64,000 nucleotides of DNA from an uncultured Bacteroidales bacterium (lineage in GTDB: Bacteria > Bacteroidota > Bacteroidia > Bacteroidales > FEN-979). The notes under the pieces were generated by a model. It did no database searches and was not told the DNA's origin. It was given only the letters and a program-made list of their open reading frames with translations. A program made the position numbers and the translations under genes. How positions within the stretch are numbered: position 1 is the stretch's first letter; the number at the start of each line of letters is the position of its first letter. This document shows, piece after piece, positions 19,506-28,531 of this stretch. The stretch lies in NCBI GenBank assembly GCA_903877385.1, contig CAIRDP010000061.1:44566-108565 (forward strand), given 5' to 3'.

Positions 19506-20648
19506 ATGCAAAGGAAGATTTTAGTTTTGGGCGCTGGTATGGTCGGAGGCGCAATGGCTCTTGACCTTGCAAAGGATGAAAGGTTCGAGCTCACGGTTGT
19601 GGATTATAATGCCGAAGCCCTGGCTAAAGTCGCGGCGGGAGGCAAACTGAAAGTATTGCACCGTGACCTTAAGGACCCTGCCGCCGTAAGGGAACTGGCG
19701 GGGGATTACGATATGGTAGTCAACGCGGTTCCGGGGTTTATGGGGTTCCAGACTTTCAAGTCCGTGATCCAGGCAGGGAAGGATATTGTTGACATTTCTT
19801 TTTTTATTGAAGATCCCTTTACGGTGGATGAGATGGCCCGTGAGCAAAAGGTTACGGCGGTAATGGACTGCGGGGTGGCCCCAGGCATGTGCAATGTGCT
19901 CATAGGGGATGCACATCACCTGCTTGATACGACCGAGAGCGTGGTGTATTATGTAGGCGGACTGCCTGAGCTTCGCGAATGGCCGTATGAATACAAGGCA
20001 GTTTTTTCACCTGTGGATGTACTTGAGGAGTACACCCGCCCGGCAAGGTTTATAGTTGGAGGTACCACCGTAGTAAAACCCGCCCTGAGCGATCCCGAGC
20101 TGATGAACTTCCCGGGCATAGGAACCCTGGAAGCCTTCAATACCGACGGGCTGAGGTCGCTGGTTCAAACGATCAAAGCACCCAATATGCTAGAGAAAAC
20201 CCTCAGGTACCCAGGGCATATCGAAAAAATGCGTGTTTTACGCGAAACAGGTTTTTTCTCAAAGGATGAAGTGAGTGTTGGGGGTGTAAAGATCAGGCCC
20301 ATCGACCTTACTTCCAGCCTGCTGTTCCCCAGCTGGAAATTCACCGAAAACGATGTTGACATTACCGTGATGAAGGTCGTGGTTGAAGGGCTGAAAGACG
20401 GGAAACGCCTTCGTTTTACCTGGGACCTTTTCGACCGTAAGGATGAAAAAACAGGAATACATTCCATGGCCCGTTGTACAGGTTATACTGCCACTGTGGC
20501 CCTGCGCATGATCGCCGACGGGGTATTCACCCAAAAAGGCGTGATAGTGCCCGAGTATTTCGGAGCCCATCCGAAGTGCGTAGATTATTTACTCAAAGGA
20601 CTACGCGAGAGGGGAGTGGTGTATAAGGAGAAGGTTGAAGAAATTTAG
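19506..20648 (+). CDS. Saccharopine dehydrogenase-family NAD(P)-binding oxidoreductase
   Basis: Start chosen at MQRKILVLGAGMVGG (Rossmann GxGxxG). The length and C-terminal domain pattern are typical of the Sacchrp_dh family. Confidence 0.8.
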   Translation: MQRKILVLGAGMVGGAMALDLAKDERFELTVVDYNAEALAKVAAGGKLKVLHRDLKDPAAVRELAGDYDMVVNAVPGFMGFQTFKSVIQAGKDIVDISFFIEDPFTVDEMAREQKVTAVMDCGVAPGMCNVLIGDAHHLLDTTESVVYYVGGLPELREWPYEYKAVFSPVDVLEEYTRPARFIVGGTTVVKPALSDPELMNFPGIGTLEAFNTDGLRSLVQTIKAPNMLEKTLRYPGHIEKMRVLRETGFFSKDEVSVGGVKIRPIDLTSSLLFPSWKFTENDVDITVMKVVVEGLKDGKRLRFTWDLFDRKDEKTGIHSMARCTGYTATVALRMIADGVFTQKGVIVPEYFGAHPKCVDYLLKGLRERGVVYKEKVEEI

Positions 20649-20739
20649 GTAGCGAGAAGTGAGGTAGCGAGGTAGCAAAAAAGAAGTCGGCAGTCGGTGA
20701 ATTTATTTCGCTATTTCGCTTCTCGTTACCTCGCTTCTA
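20646..20739. repeat. Imperfect inverted-repeat element made of short tandem words (GTAGCGAG / AGTCGGY) bridging two convergent stop codons; likely bidirectional terminator
   Basis: TAG|GTAGCGAGAAGTGAGGTAGCGAGGTAGC ... AGTCGGCAGTCGGTG ... GCTATTTCGCTTCTCGTTACCTCGCTT|CTA. The arms begin exactly at the TAG stops of the flanking convergent genes and are partly complementary (AGCGAG / CTCGCT blocks). Confidence 0.6.
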
Positions 20740-23070
20740 GAACTCATCGGTATCTATCACTGCTTTTTTCTTCTTCTTTTTCACCTTCTTTTCGGGGGTG
20801 GGGGAGGCTACGGGGTTTTCCTCGTCGCCGCAGTCAAGGTCAACACTGAGAGGTTTTTTCGGGGGATCAAAATCCTTATCCCTTACGATATGCAGGCTTG
20901 GATCGGAATAAACCTGCTGCATGTATAAAGCCCATACGGGCAGTGCTGTATTGGCTCCCTGCCCAAGCGCGAGGGTACGGAAATGTGCCGAACGGTCTTC
21001 GCATCCGACCCAGACCCCGCTTACAAGATCAGGGGTGATGCCCATGAACCAGCCGTCGCTCTGGTTTTGAGTGGTTCCTGTTTTACCGGCTATGGGATTG
21101 TCGAAACCATATTTGTATTTCAGCCTGATCCCTGTGCCTATGTTCACTACACCTTCCATGAGCTTGATCATAAGCCAGGCGGTTTCCTCGCTGATAGCTT
21201 CCTGTTTTTTTGGTTTGAAGTCCTGGATGAGGTTCCCGTCCTTATCCTCTATCCGGGTAATGAAAATGGGTTCGGTAAACACCCCTTTATTTGCGAACAC
21301 GCTCATGGCGCCTACCATTTCGTAGAGGGAGATGTCGCAGGAACCCAGGGCGATGGAATATACCGCGGGGATGTCGCTGGTGACACCCATTTTATGAGCC
21401 ATGGCAACTACGGCAGGGGGGGAGTACTTGCGTATAAGCTGTCCCGAGATCCAGTTATTCGAATTGGCCAGGGCCCATTTCAGGGTAACCTGCTGCCCCC
21501 TTCGTTCTTCGCTGGTGTTTTCGGGTGCCCAAACCGTACCGTTGTCAAGTTCGATCACAGGCTGTACGTTGGGATATCTCGAACAGGGTGATTCGCCTTC
21601 CTGCATGGCCAGGGTATACAGGAAAGGTTTGAATGTTGAACCTACCTGGCGTTTGGCGAATTTCACATGGTCGTACTGGAAGTAACGGTAATCAATCCCT
21701 CCAACGTAAGCCTTCACATAACCTGTATGCGGGTCCATCGACATCAGCCCGGCCTGGAGGAAGAACTTATAATACCTTATGGAGTCAAAGGGCGTCATGA
21801 TAGTATCCCTTTCACCTTTCCATGAGAACACTTTCATCCGGGTTTTAACCTTGAACTCATTGATGATATCCGGTTCCTTGTACCCTGCAGCTTTCATTCT
21901 TGCATACCGGTCGCTCCGCCTCATGCCCGAGAGCAGGAGGTTATTGATCTCCTTGCGTTCATCGGTTTTTTCAAAGACAAAGGGAGCTGTGGGCACGCCT
22001 TTCCAGTGGGCATAGAATGCTGGCTGGAGTTCTTTGCCGAGGTAAGCGGCCACGGCTTTCTCGGCATATTCCTGCATCTTGTAATTGATGGTGGTGTGCA
22101 CCCTCAGGCCGTCGCGATACAGGCTGTATTCGCTTCCGTCTTCTTTTTTATGGTTGTTGCACCATTCGGTAAGGTATCCCCTGAGGTATTCCCTGAAGTA
22201 GGTTGCAAGGCCGGTGGTATGGTCCTGTATGCGGTAATTCTCCATGTTGAGGGGGACTGTACGAAGGGAATCAAATTCGGTTTTGCTGATATAGTCGTAC
22301 CTCTGCATCTGGTAGAGTACGGTATTCCTGCGTTCGATGGCCCTGGCCGGGTTCCTTACCGGGCTGAAATACGTAGGGGCTTTAAGTATGCCGATGAGCA
22401 GGGCGGCTTCCTCGGGGTTCAGCTGATCAGGCTCTTTGTTGAAATAGGTCTTGGCAGCGGATTTAATACCGAAACTCTGGGATCCGAAATCCACTGTGTT
22501 AAGATACATGGCAAGGATCTCCTCCTTGGAATAGTTGCGTTCAAGCTTGATGGCAGTGATCCATTCCTTGAATTTGATCATCACCGTTTCGCCGAACGTA
22601 CGGTTGGGTTTACGGGGGAAGAGGTTTTTTGCAAGCTGCTGTGTGATGGTGCTGCCGCCGCCTTTTGAAGTCCCGGTTGCCACGCCCCAGAAAACCCTGA
22701 AGATCGCCCTGAAGTCTATACCCGAATGTTCATAGAAACGTGCATCTTCGGTGGCTATCAGGGCATTGATCACATTGGGTGAAAGCTCCTGGAAATGGGT
22801 ATTGGTACGGTTTTCGAAATAATATTTCCCAAGCAGTTTGCCGTCTTCGCTGAGGATTTCGGTGGCCAGGCTGCTCTTCGGGTTTTCAAGTTCTTCGAAG
22901 GAGGGCATGGGGCCGAACAAACCAAGGGCAACCACCACGAAAAACATGGCAATAAGGATGATGCCCAGGATATAGGCAATCCAGAAGTACTTTATGTATT
23001 TCTTCGGATCCACCGGTTTAGGTTTGTTTTCTCCCTTGTTTAATAAGGGAATATGATCAATCCCGCTCAT
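20737..23070 (-). CDS. mrcA: Penicillin-binding protein 1A (bifunctional transglycosylase/transpeptidase)
   Basis: GT51 motifs EDARFYEHSGID and GGSTITQQLAKN. Transpeptidase motifs STFKP and KTGTT. Confidence 0.95.
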   Translation of the reverse strand: MSGIDHIPLLNKGENKPKPVDPKKYIKYFWIAYILGIILIAMFFVVVALGLFGPMPSFEELENPKSSLATEILSEDGKLLGKYYFENRTNTHFQELSPNVINALIATEDARFYEHSGIDFRAIFRVFWGVATGTSKGGGSTITQQLAKNLFPRKPNRTFGETVMIKFKEWITAIKLERNYSKEEILAMYLNTVDFGSQSFGIKSAAKTYFNKEPDQLNPEEAALLIGILKAPTYFSPVRNPARAIERRNTVLYQMQRYDYISKTEFDSLRTVPLNMENYRIQDHTTGLATYFREYLRGYLTEWCNNHKKEDGSEYSLYRDGLRVHTTINYKMQEYAEKAVAAYLGKELQPAFYAHWKGVPTAPFVFEKTDERKEINNLLLSGMRRSDRYARMKAAGYKEPDIINEFKVKTRMKVFSWKGERDTIMTPFDSIRYYKFFLQAGLMSMDPHTGYVKAYVGGIDYRYFQYDHVKFAKRQVGSTFKPFLYTLAMQEGESPCSRYPNVQPVIELDNGTVWAPENTSEERRGQQVTLKWALANSNNWISGQLIRKYSPPAVVAMAHKMGVTSDIPAVYSIALGSCDISLYEMVGAMSVFANKGVFTEPIFITRIEDKDGNLIQDFKPKKQEAISEETAWLMIKLMEGVVNIGTGIRLKYKYGFDNPIAGKTGTTQNQSDGWFMGITPDLVSGVWVGCEDRSAHFRTLALGQGANTALPVWALYMQQVYSDPSLHIVRDKDFDPPKKPLSVDLDCGDEENPVASPTPEKKVKKKKKKAVIDTDEF

Positions 23071-23534
23071 AATTCAATTTCAAGGCCAACATCCCTGATC
23101 CCGCTCAGTTCGGAGGTCCGCATCGCCTGTTCAAAGCTGAAGGTGTAATATCCTTTTTGCCTGAATTTTACAGCTTTCTGAAAAAGAAAGTGGTTATATT
23201 TGATGCTTCCTGATCCTGTGCCAAGCCAGCGGCCGTCGTAATCGGCAAGCTGGCATTCCACAGTATCCCTGGCAATGCGGCCATCGGGGAAACGGGTATC
23301 AAGGAACATGAATATATTGGCAAACGGGTAATTCACGTCATTCCGTATATCGATATAGAGTGAAAACCGTTTTGAAGTGTCGGGGATATTGACTGAAAAA
23401 ACAACTTTTTCCCTGGTATTCCATTTACCATCAGGGATCCTCTGCGTTTCGCGGTAGAAACGGTTGGGATTGCATGCAAGCAGGACAAGCAGGATCCCGG
23501 GGATTAAAGTTAATGCAAAAGGAGTACCGCGCAT
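23067..23534 (-). CDS. gldH: Gliding motility lipoprotein GldH
   Basis: 155 aa with lipobox LLAC. The size and pattern (KWNTREKVVFSV...YPFANIFMFLDT...PDG...DTVEC.LAD..G.W.G.G) match GldH. Sits in the conserved holB-PSP1-gldH-PBP1A context. Confidence 0.8.
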   Translation of the reverse strand: MRGTPFALTLIPGILLVLLACNPNRFYRETQRIPDGKWNTREKVVFSVNIPDTSKRFSLYIDIRNDVNYPFANIFMFLDTRFPDGRIARDTVECQLADYDGRWLGTGSGSIKYNHFLFQKAVKFRQKGYYTFSFEQAMRTSELSGIRDVGLEIEL

Positions 23535-23549
23535 AGACAGGGCAGATAT

Positions 23550-24845
23550 TTACAGGTGGTCGAAACGGGTCAGGTCATCCTGGCTGATCCCATTGTCGAA
23601 TTCACGCTTTTGTTCAGTAAGGTTTGCAAAATCTTCCAGGTTTTCGGGTATGCGGCCGCCTTTGTTCTCATCGATGATATGGAGTACGTTTTTAAGGGGT
23701 ATGGCGAGCAGGTTTTGCTGATCATTCACATAAGAGTACCACATGATCTGCCCGAAGATATCGGATTTCTGGTGGATGGCATCGCCTTTTGCCGTTTTAA
23801 GGCGGATCTCGGTGCCGGGGAAATCCTTGATGGCATCCATATATGTATCGTATTCGTAATTGAGGCAGCACTTGAGTTTACCACACTGCCCGGCAAGTTT
23901 CTGGGGATTAAGCGAAAGCTGCTGAACCCTGGCCGTATTGGTTGAAACGGAGCAGAATTCACTGAGCCAGGTAGAGCAGCAAAGTTCCCTTCCGCAGGTC
24001 CCGAGCCCGCCAAGCCGGCTGGCTTCCTGGCGGGCGCCGATCTGCCGCATTTCAATCCTTACATGGAATTCTTCGGCCAGTACTTTGATAAGTTCGCGGA
24101 AATCGACCCTGTCATCCGCAGTGTAATAAAAAATAGCTTTTGTGTTATCGCCCTGGATTTCCACGTCGTTGATCTTCATCAGGAGGCCCAGGTGGTCGGC
24201 AATCTCTCTTGACCGGAACATGGTAGGCGATTCGGTTTCAACGGCTGAGACCCATTTTTCGATGTCGGCAAGCCTTGCCCGGCGGTAGACTTTCCTGATA
24301 TCCTGGGAAGCGGGGTCTATGCCTTTCTTTTTCAGCTGGAAGCGCACGAGTTCACCCGAAATGGTAACGATGCCGATATCATGGCCGGGGGAAGCTTCAA
24401 CGGCTACGATGTCGCCTGTTTCAAGTTCCACATCGGGAGGTACACGGAAAAAATCCTTGCGGCTGTTCTTGAACCTCACTTCAACAACATCCAGTTTAAT
24501 GTATCCTGCGGGAAGCGGGATGGATTTGATCCAGTCGAAAGTATCGAACTTGCTGCAGCTGTGCTGGTACACCCCGTTGCTTTTCTGGTGGGGCTCGGGC
24601 GATCCGCAGCATCCGCGGCTGAGGAATGGATTTTTGGAAGAGTCATAGGCAGAGCCTCCGAACTCAAGTTCCGGTTCGGTACCTGGCACAATCTCAACCT
24701 GAGGCTGTTCCTCCTCGGCTGCTGTTTTGCGGCGGTATGCCTCGTAAATTGCTTCGTTCTCTGACGGCTGATCCTGTTCCGGCTCGGTGTTCTGTTCCTC
24801 TTCGGGGACCTGATCTTCGTTTTCTTCCATTCGTTTGAATTCCAT
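23550..24845 (-). CDS. PSP1 domain protein (RicT/YaaT-like) with acidic N-terminal extension
   Basis: The Cys-rich PSP1 C-terminal region is recognisable: GLGTCGRELCCSTWL ... CGKLKCCLNYEYDTY. Confidence 0.85.
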   Translation of the reverse strand: MEFKRMEENEDQVPEEEQNTEPEQDQPSENEAIYEAYRRKTAAEEEQPQVEIVPGTEPELEFGGSAYDSSKNPFLSRGCCGSPEPHQKSNGVYQHSCSKFDTFDWIKSIPLPAGYIKLDVVEVRFKNSRKDFFRVPPDVELETGDIVAVEASPGHDIGIVTISGELVRFQLKKKGIDPASQDIRKVYRRARLADIEKWVSAVETESPTMFRSREIADHLGLLMKINDVEIQGDNTKAIFYYTADDRVDFRELIKVLAEEFHVRIEMRQIGARQEASRLGGLGTCGRELCCSTWLSEFCSVSTNTARVQQLSLNPQKLAGQCGKLKCCLNYEYDTYMDAIKDFPGTEIRLKTAKGDAIHQKSDIFGQIMWYSYVNDQQNLLAIPLKNVLHIIDENKGGRIPENLEDFANLTEQKREFDNGISQDDLTRFDHL

Positions 24846-25996
24846 TACAAAGGTAAGAAATTCGGTTGAAAAAGGCGCACAATTTTAAGAGAGAGGTCGA
24901 GGAAGAGCGCCGGGGCATATGCATTACGTTCCACGGCATAAATGGAAGCGTTGAAAAGTTCGTAGAAACCGGCCAGGCCGGCAGAGTTGATAATGGGAGC
25001 AAACCTCTCAAGGAATTTAGCTTCTTCAGGGTCGCTGTTGACCCTGCCGGCCTGGCCGTAAGCCACTGCCGGACAAAGGGCCAGTATATGAAGGCCATAC
25101 TGAAGAAAGGCTTTTTGCCTCTCCCTACCCGATTTTGCAATATCCCCCGAAAAACTGATCAGCTCGGGGACTTTCTTTGTAAAGCAATTCCTCATCCAGT
25201 TTGCAAAATTATCGAGGTACTGTTCACGGGCATCATCATCGGTTTTTATAATACTCCTGTCAGGGGGTATCCTCACCATGAGACATCTCGACTTGATGGT
25301 GCTGATGATCTGGTCGGGGTCTTCGGAGATCAGCAGGAGCAGTGTCTTTTCAGGTGGTTCTTCAAGGATCTTGAGGATCTTGGGGGCCGCAGAGTGAAAC
25401 AGCTTTTCGACCATCCAGATGATCATGACCTTGTATTCCGACTCGTAACTTTTATAACTAAGGCTTGTAATGATCTCGTTGCAATCCTCGGCATTGATGA
25501 TCCCCTGCTTATTCTCAATACCGATGAAATCGTACCAGTCGCGCAGGTTCACCGGGAATGGCCTTTGCAGGAAGAACTTCCTCCATTCATCTGCAAACAG
25601 CTTGCTCTGTGGCTTTTTGGTAACTCTCTTCGTAGTCGCAACAGGATAGATGAAGTGAAGGTCGGGGTGTATGAGTTTCTGGTACTTTACGCAGGAAGGG
25701 CAAACGCCGCAAGAGTCGGCACTGGTGACTGGTAACTGGTGACTGGTGACTGGTGACTTGTGATGCGGGATGAAGGATTCAGGATCCGGCACATCTTGCA
25801 TCTTGTATCCCGCATCCTGTATCCCTGTTTTCCGGTTCTTACAGTTAATATACTGCGCATAGGCTATAGCCAGCGCAAGCTTCGCCGAGCTTTCGGGGCC
25901 ATAAAAAAGCTGTGCATGGCTTACCCTCTGGCTGGTAACCGTTTGAATAAGTTTTTCTTTTATCGCCTGCTGGCCGGGAATCTCGCTGAACCGCAT
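24845..25996 (-). CDS. holB: DNA polymerase III subunit delta' (clamp-loader AAA+ protein), carrying a 35-codon repeat insertion
   Basis: SHAQLFYGPESSAKLALAIAYAQYINC ... CGVCPSCVKYQKLIHPDLHFIYP (Zn module) and SRCLMVRIPP (sensor motif). The spacer between INC and CGVC is ~35 aa longer than is usual for the family. Confidence 0.85.
   Translation of the reverse strand: MRFSEIPGQQAIKEKLIQTVTSQRVSHAQLFYGPESSAKLALAIAYAQYINCKNRKTGIQDAGYKMQDVPDPESFIPHHKSPVTSHQLPVTSADSCGVCPSCVKYQKLIHPDLHFIYPVATTKRVTKKPQSKLFADEWRKFFLQRPFPVNLRDWYDFIGIENKQGIINAEDCNEIITSLSYKSYESEYKVMIIWMVEKLFHSAAPKILKILEEPPEKTLLLLISEDPDQIISTIKSRCLMVRIPPDRSIIKTDDDAREQYLDNFANWMRNCFTKKVPELISFSGDIAKSGRERQKAFLQYGLHILALCPAVAYGQAGRVNSDPEEAKFLERFAPIINSAGLAGFYELFNASIYAVERNAYAPALFLDLSLKIVRLFQPNFLPL
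25721..25825. repeat. 15 consecutive 7-nt units (105 nt) inside holB, including a 10-bp inverted repeat
   Basis: ACTGGTG ACTGGTA ACTGGTG ACTGGTG ACTGGTG ACTTGTG ATGCGGG ATGAAGG ATTCAGG ATCCGGC ACATCTT GCATCTT GTATCCC GCATCCT GTATCCC. GATGCGGGAT (25762-71) is complementary to ATCCCGCATC (25807-16). Confidence 0.85.
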
Positions 25997-26112
25997 GTAA
26001 TCCTGATGCTAAATGACTGCTAAAATAAGCAAAATCGCTGCAGGTTTATTCCTCCCCGGTAAATTCCCGCTGCCTTCCGCCTGGCCCGGGGACCGTCTCA
26101 GCCCGGGAGGAT

Positions 26113-26152
26113 CAACCAACCGACCAATCAATCATTCAATCAATCGATCAAT
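26113..26152. repeat. Degenerate tetranucleotide array (CAAY/CRAT x10) overlapping the TonB-dependent receptor stop codon
   Basis: CAAC CAAC CGAC CAAT CAAT CATT CAAT CAAT CGAT CAAT. On the - strand this reads (GATT/GATC)n, giving TGA in successive frames. Confidence 0.8.
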
Positions 26153-28484
26153 CCCTTTTATTATGATATATCCCGAACGGGATAACAAGGCCGAATGTGA
26201 TCCGCCTTCCCATATTATAAATTCCGATCTCCTTAAGCCTGCTCAGGTGGTCGTAATATTTCACATCGGCAACATTTTTACCGCTGATGTAAAAGGTCCA
26301 GACCTGGTTTTTAACCTTGAGTTTTGTTCCCAGGTTGAAATTCAAAAGCACATAACCCGGCGTCACAGTCTCAAATTCATCGATCCTGTCCTGGGTAAAA
26401 TGGGTTTCCATCTCAAGCTGTATGTAGGGTTGTTTTAATGCACTGGTCTTGCGGGTTTTAAAAGTCCACTTAACCTGGTCGGTGAGATGCAGGGCCGGTA
26501 TCAAAGGCAGGGGAATCCCCGTCGACAGGTTGCCTCCCCATACATAATCCAGGTTGTTGTCGAAATGCAGGGCCTCAATGGGATGAACATCCAGCTCTAC
26601 CTCGAAGCCTTTCAAAAGGGAATTTCCCTGCACATAACGGTAAACAGGATACCATACCCCGTTCACTTCCTTTTTCTCCCCGTTGAGGTTCCTGTAATAA
26701 ATGAAGTTGTCGATGATGTTGTAATAGCCGTTGAACGAGAGATCCAGGTATTTGGTGTCCCATGCGATCTCCCCGTCTATCTGCAAACTTGTTTCAGGGT
26801 TCAGGTCAGGGTTCCCGATCTCATACCTGAACGTGCCTTCATGAAGGCCATTTGCGCTGAGCTCTGAAATATTGGGAGCGCGAAATCCGCGCCCAACATT
26901 AAACTTGAAATTAACAGCTTTGTTCAGCCTGAAGGTCATCCCTGTGGATCCCGAGAAAGCCGAGAAATCACGGCTGAATGCCTTAAACAGGGTGTCGCCC
27001 GAAGCTGCCGGATGCCCCAGTGAATCCAGATTAAGGGGATAACCTGTCACATGGCGGTAGTCATACCTGAGTCCCAGGTTGAAAGTGAACTTCTCCCAGG
27101 TCTTTTTCATGTACACAAACCCGCCCCAGTCCTGAAGGTCGAAATCGGGAATGAGATAGCTCGTTCCATGGTTGCGGTTGATCTGCGTCATGCCTGATAT
27201 TCCCCCGACGAGCTCAAGCGATTCAAAAAGAAGACGGGTATAGCGCACATCGTAAGTCCAGGTATCGAGATGGAAGAACAAGCCCGGCTCATCAGGACTT
27301 TCACCGAATTCTTTGCGGTTGTTCCACTGGTAACCCAGGCTGATCCTGACCTGGTTGTCGTTGATGAGCAGGTTGGTCACCGATGATATTTTGTTGTGGT
27401 TCACTACCTGGAAGGGCACATCAATACTGCGGCCTTTCGCCTTGCTTTCAGAAACAACATTTCCCTGGTAATCAACAAATTGCATGGTTGCCGAATCACG
27501 CAGCCCGTCAATCATCCCGATCTTTGTATTGAAAGAGCTGAAATGCAGGTGGGAGTAACCCCATTTTTTTACGATGCCTGCCGTGATAGAATAGTTCTTT
27601 TCATTAAACCCCGAATTATACACCCATTCGGTGGGTGTGCGGTAGGAAGCGGCGGTTTTATAAGTCCCCCTTGCCCTCCATATCCATCCGTTCTGGTTCC
27701 CTTCGAGCATCACCGAATTGCTTAAGAGGCGGTCGTTGGTTGAAGCCTGGGAAACCCATTCCCCGTCGATTGATCCCGGTCTTGCAGGGGTCTGTTCAAG
27801 TATGTTGATCACACCACCCATGGCATCAGAGCCGTAAAACAGCGATGCCGGGCCTTTCAAAACCTCGATGCGGTCGGCCGAAAACTGGTCGATCTCTATG
27901 CCGTGTTCATCGCCCCACTGGTTCCCTTCCTGCCTCACGCCTTCGTTGAGTGTAACGATGCGGTTATACCCAAGCCCGCGGATCACGGGTTTCGAAATCT
28001 CTCCTCCCGTGGTAATCTCCGAAACTCCCGGTATCGTCGATATGGAGTTTATAAGGTTGGTGGATGGCATTGTGAGCAGTTTCTCCTTATTGATAGGGGT
28101 GATGGAAATGCTGCTGCGGTCGTTGTCGGATGAGAGAGCGTTTCCTGTTACAACCACCTCCCGGGCTTCGATAGCGGAAGGAGAGAGCTGGAAATCTCTC
28201 TCATGAATTTCACCTAGATCGATTTTGGATGATTCGGCTTTATAACCGATATAGCTTACCTGCACTACGATGGAAGAATTGGGCAGATTACGAAGTTTGT
28301 AGAGTCCGTCCTTGTCGCTTACGGTCCCGGTTTTAAGGTCAGGAAGAAATATTGTTGCCCCCGGCAGCAATTCCCCGGTTTCCTTATCCCTGACATGCCC
28401 GCTGAGCGACCTCTGTGCATTTGCCAGGGAAGAACTGAGAATAAGGAATAAAATAAAAAAATACCGGACTCGTCTTTTATTCAT
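26148..28484 (-). CDS. TonB-dependent outer-membrane receptor with N-terminal carboxypeptidase-regulatory-like domain
   Basis: Signal peptide. CarbopepD_reg-like segment (GHVRDKETGELLPGATIFLPDLKTGTVSDKDGLYKL). Plug segment (IEVLKGPASLFYGSDAMGGVINI). Long beta-barrel region ending ...RRITFGLVIPF plus an 8-aa tail. Confidence 0.9.
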   Translation of the reverse strand: MNKRRVRYFFILFLILSSSLANAQRSLSGHVRDKETGELLPGATIFLPDLKTGTVSDKDGLYKLRNLPNSSIVVQVSYIGYKAESSKIDLGEIHERDFQLSPSAIEAREVVVTGNALSSDNDRSSISITPINKEKLLTMPSTNLINSISTIPGVSEITTGGEISKPVIRGLGYNRIVTLNEGVRQEGNQWGDEHGIEIDQFSADRIEVLKGPASLFYGSDAMGGVINILEQTPARPGSIDGEWVSQASTNDRLLSNSVMLEGNQNGWIWRARGTYKTAASYRTPTEWVYNSGFNEKNYSITAGIVKKWGYSHLHFSSFNTKIGMIDGLRDSATMQFVDYQGNVVSESKAKGRSIDVPFQVVNHNKISSVTNLLINDNQVRISLGYQWNNRKEFGESPDEPGLFFHLDTWTYDVRYTRLLFESLELVGGISGMTQINRNHGTSYLIPDFDLQDWGGFVYMKKTWEKFTFNLGLRYDYRHVTGYPLNLDSLGHPAASGDTLFKAFSRDFSAFSGSTGMTFRLNKAVNFKFNVGRGFRAPNISELSANGLHEGTFRYEIGNPDLNPETSLQIDGEIAWDTKYLDLSFNGYYNIIDNFIYYRNLNGEKKEVNGVWYPVYRYVQGNSLLKGFEVELDVHPIEALHFDNNLDYVWGGNLSTGIPLPLIPALHLTDQVKWTFKTRKTSALKQPYIQLEMETHFTQDRIDEFETVTPGYVLLNFNLGTKLKVKNQVWTFYISGKNVADVKYYDHLSRLKEIGIYNMGRRITFGLVIPFGIYHNKRD

Positions 28485-28531
28485 AAGGAAGCTGCAAAGA
28501 TAAGCCCATTATTAACAGTAAAAGCCCCGGC

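Noticed and set aside
20983-22668. Plus-strand ORFs of 202 aa and 220 aa
   Set aside because: Antisense to the PBP1A gene, which is unambiguous.
24866-25735. 289-aa plus-strand ORF
   Set aside because: Antisense to holB, which has the conserved delta' motifs. No motifs of its own.
26013-26438. 141-aa plus-strand ORF running through the tetranucleotide array
   Set aside because: It reads through the repeat (giving NRPINHSINRSI) and is then antisense to the TBDR C-terminus. Not credible as a gene.
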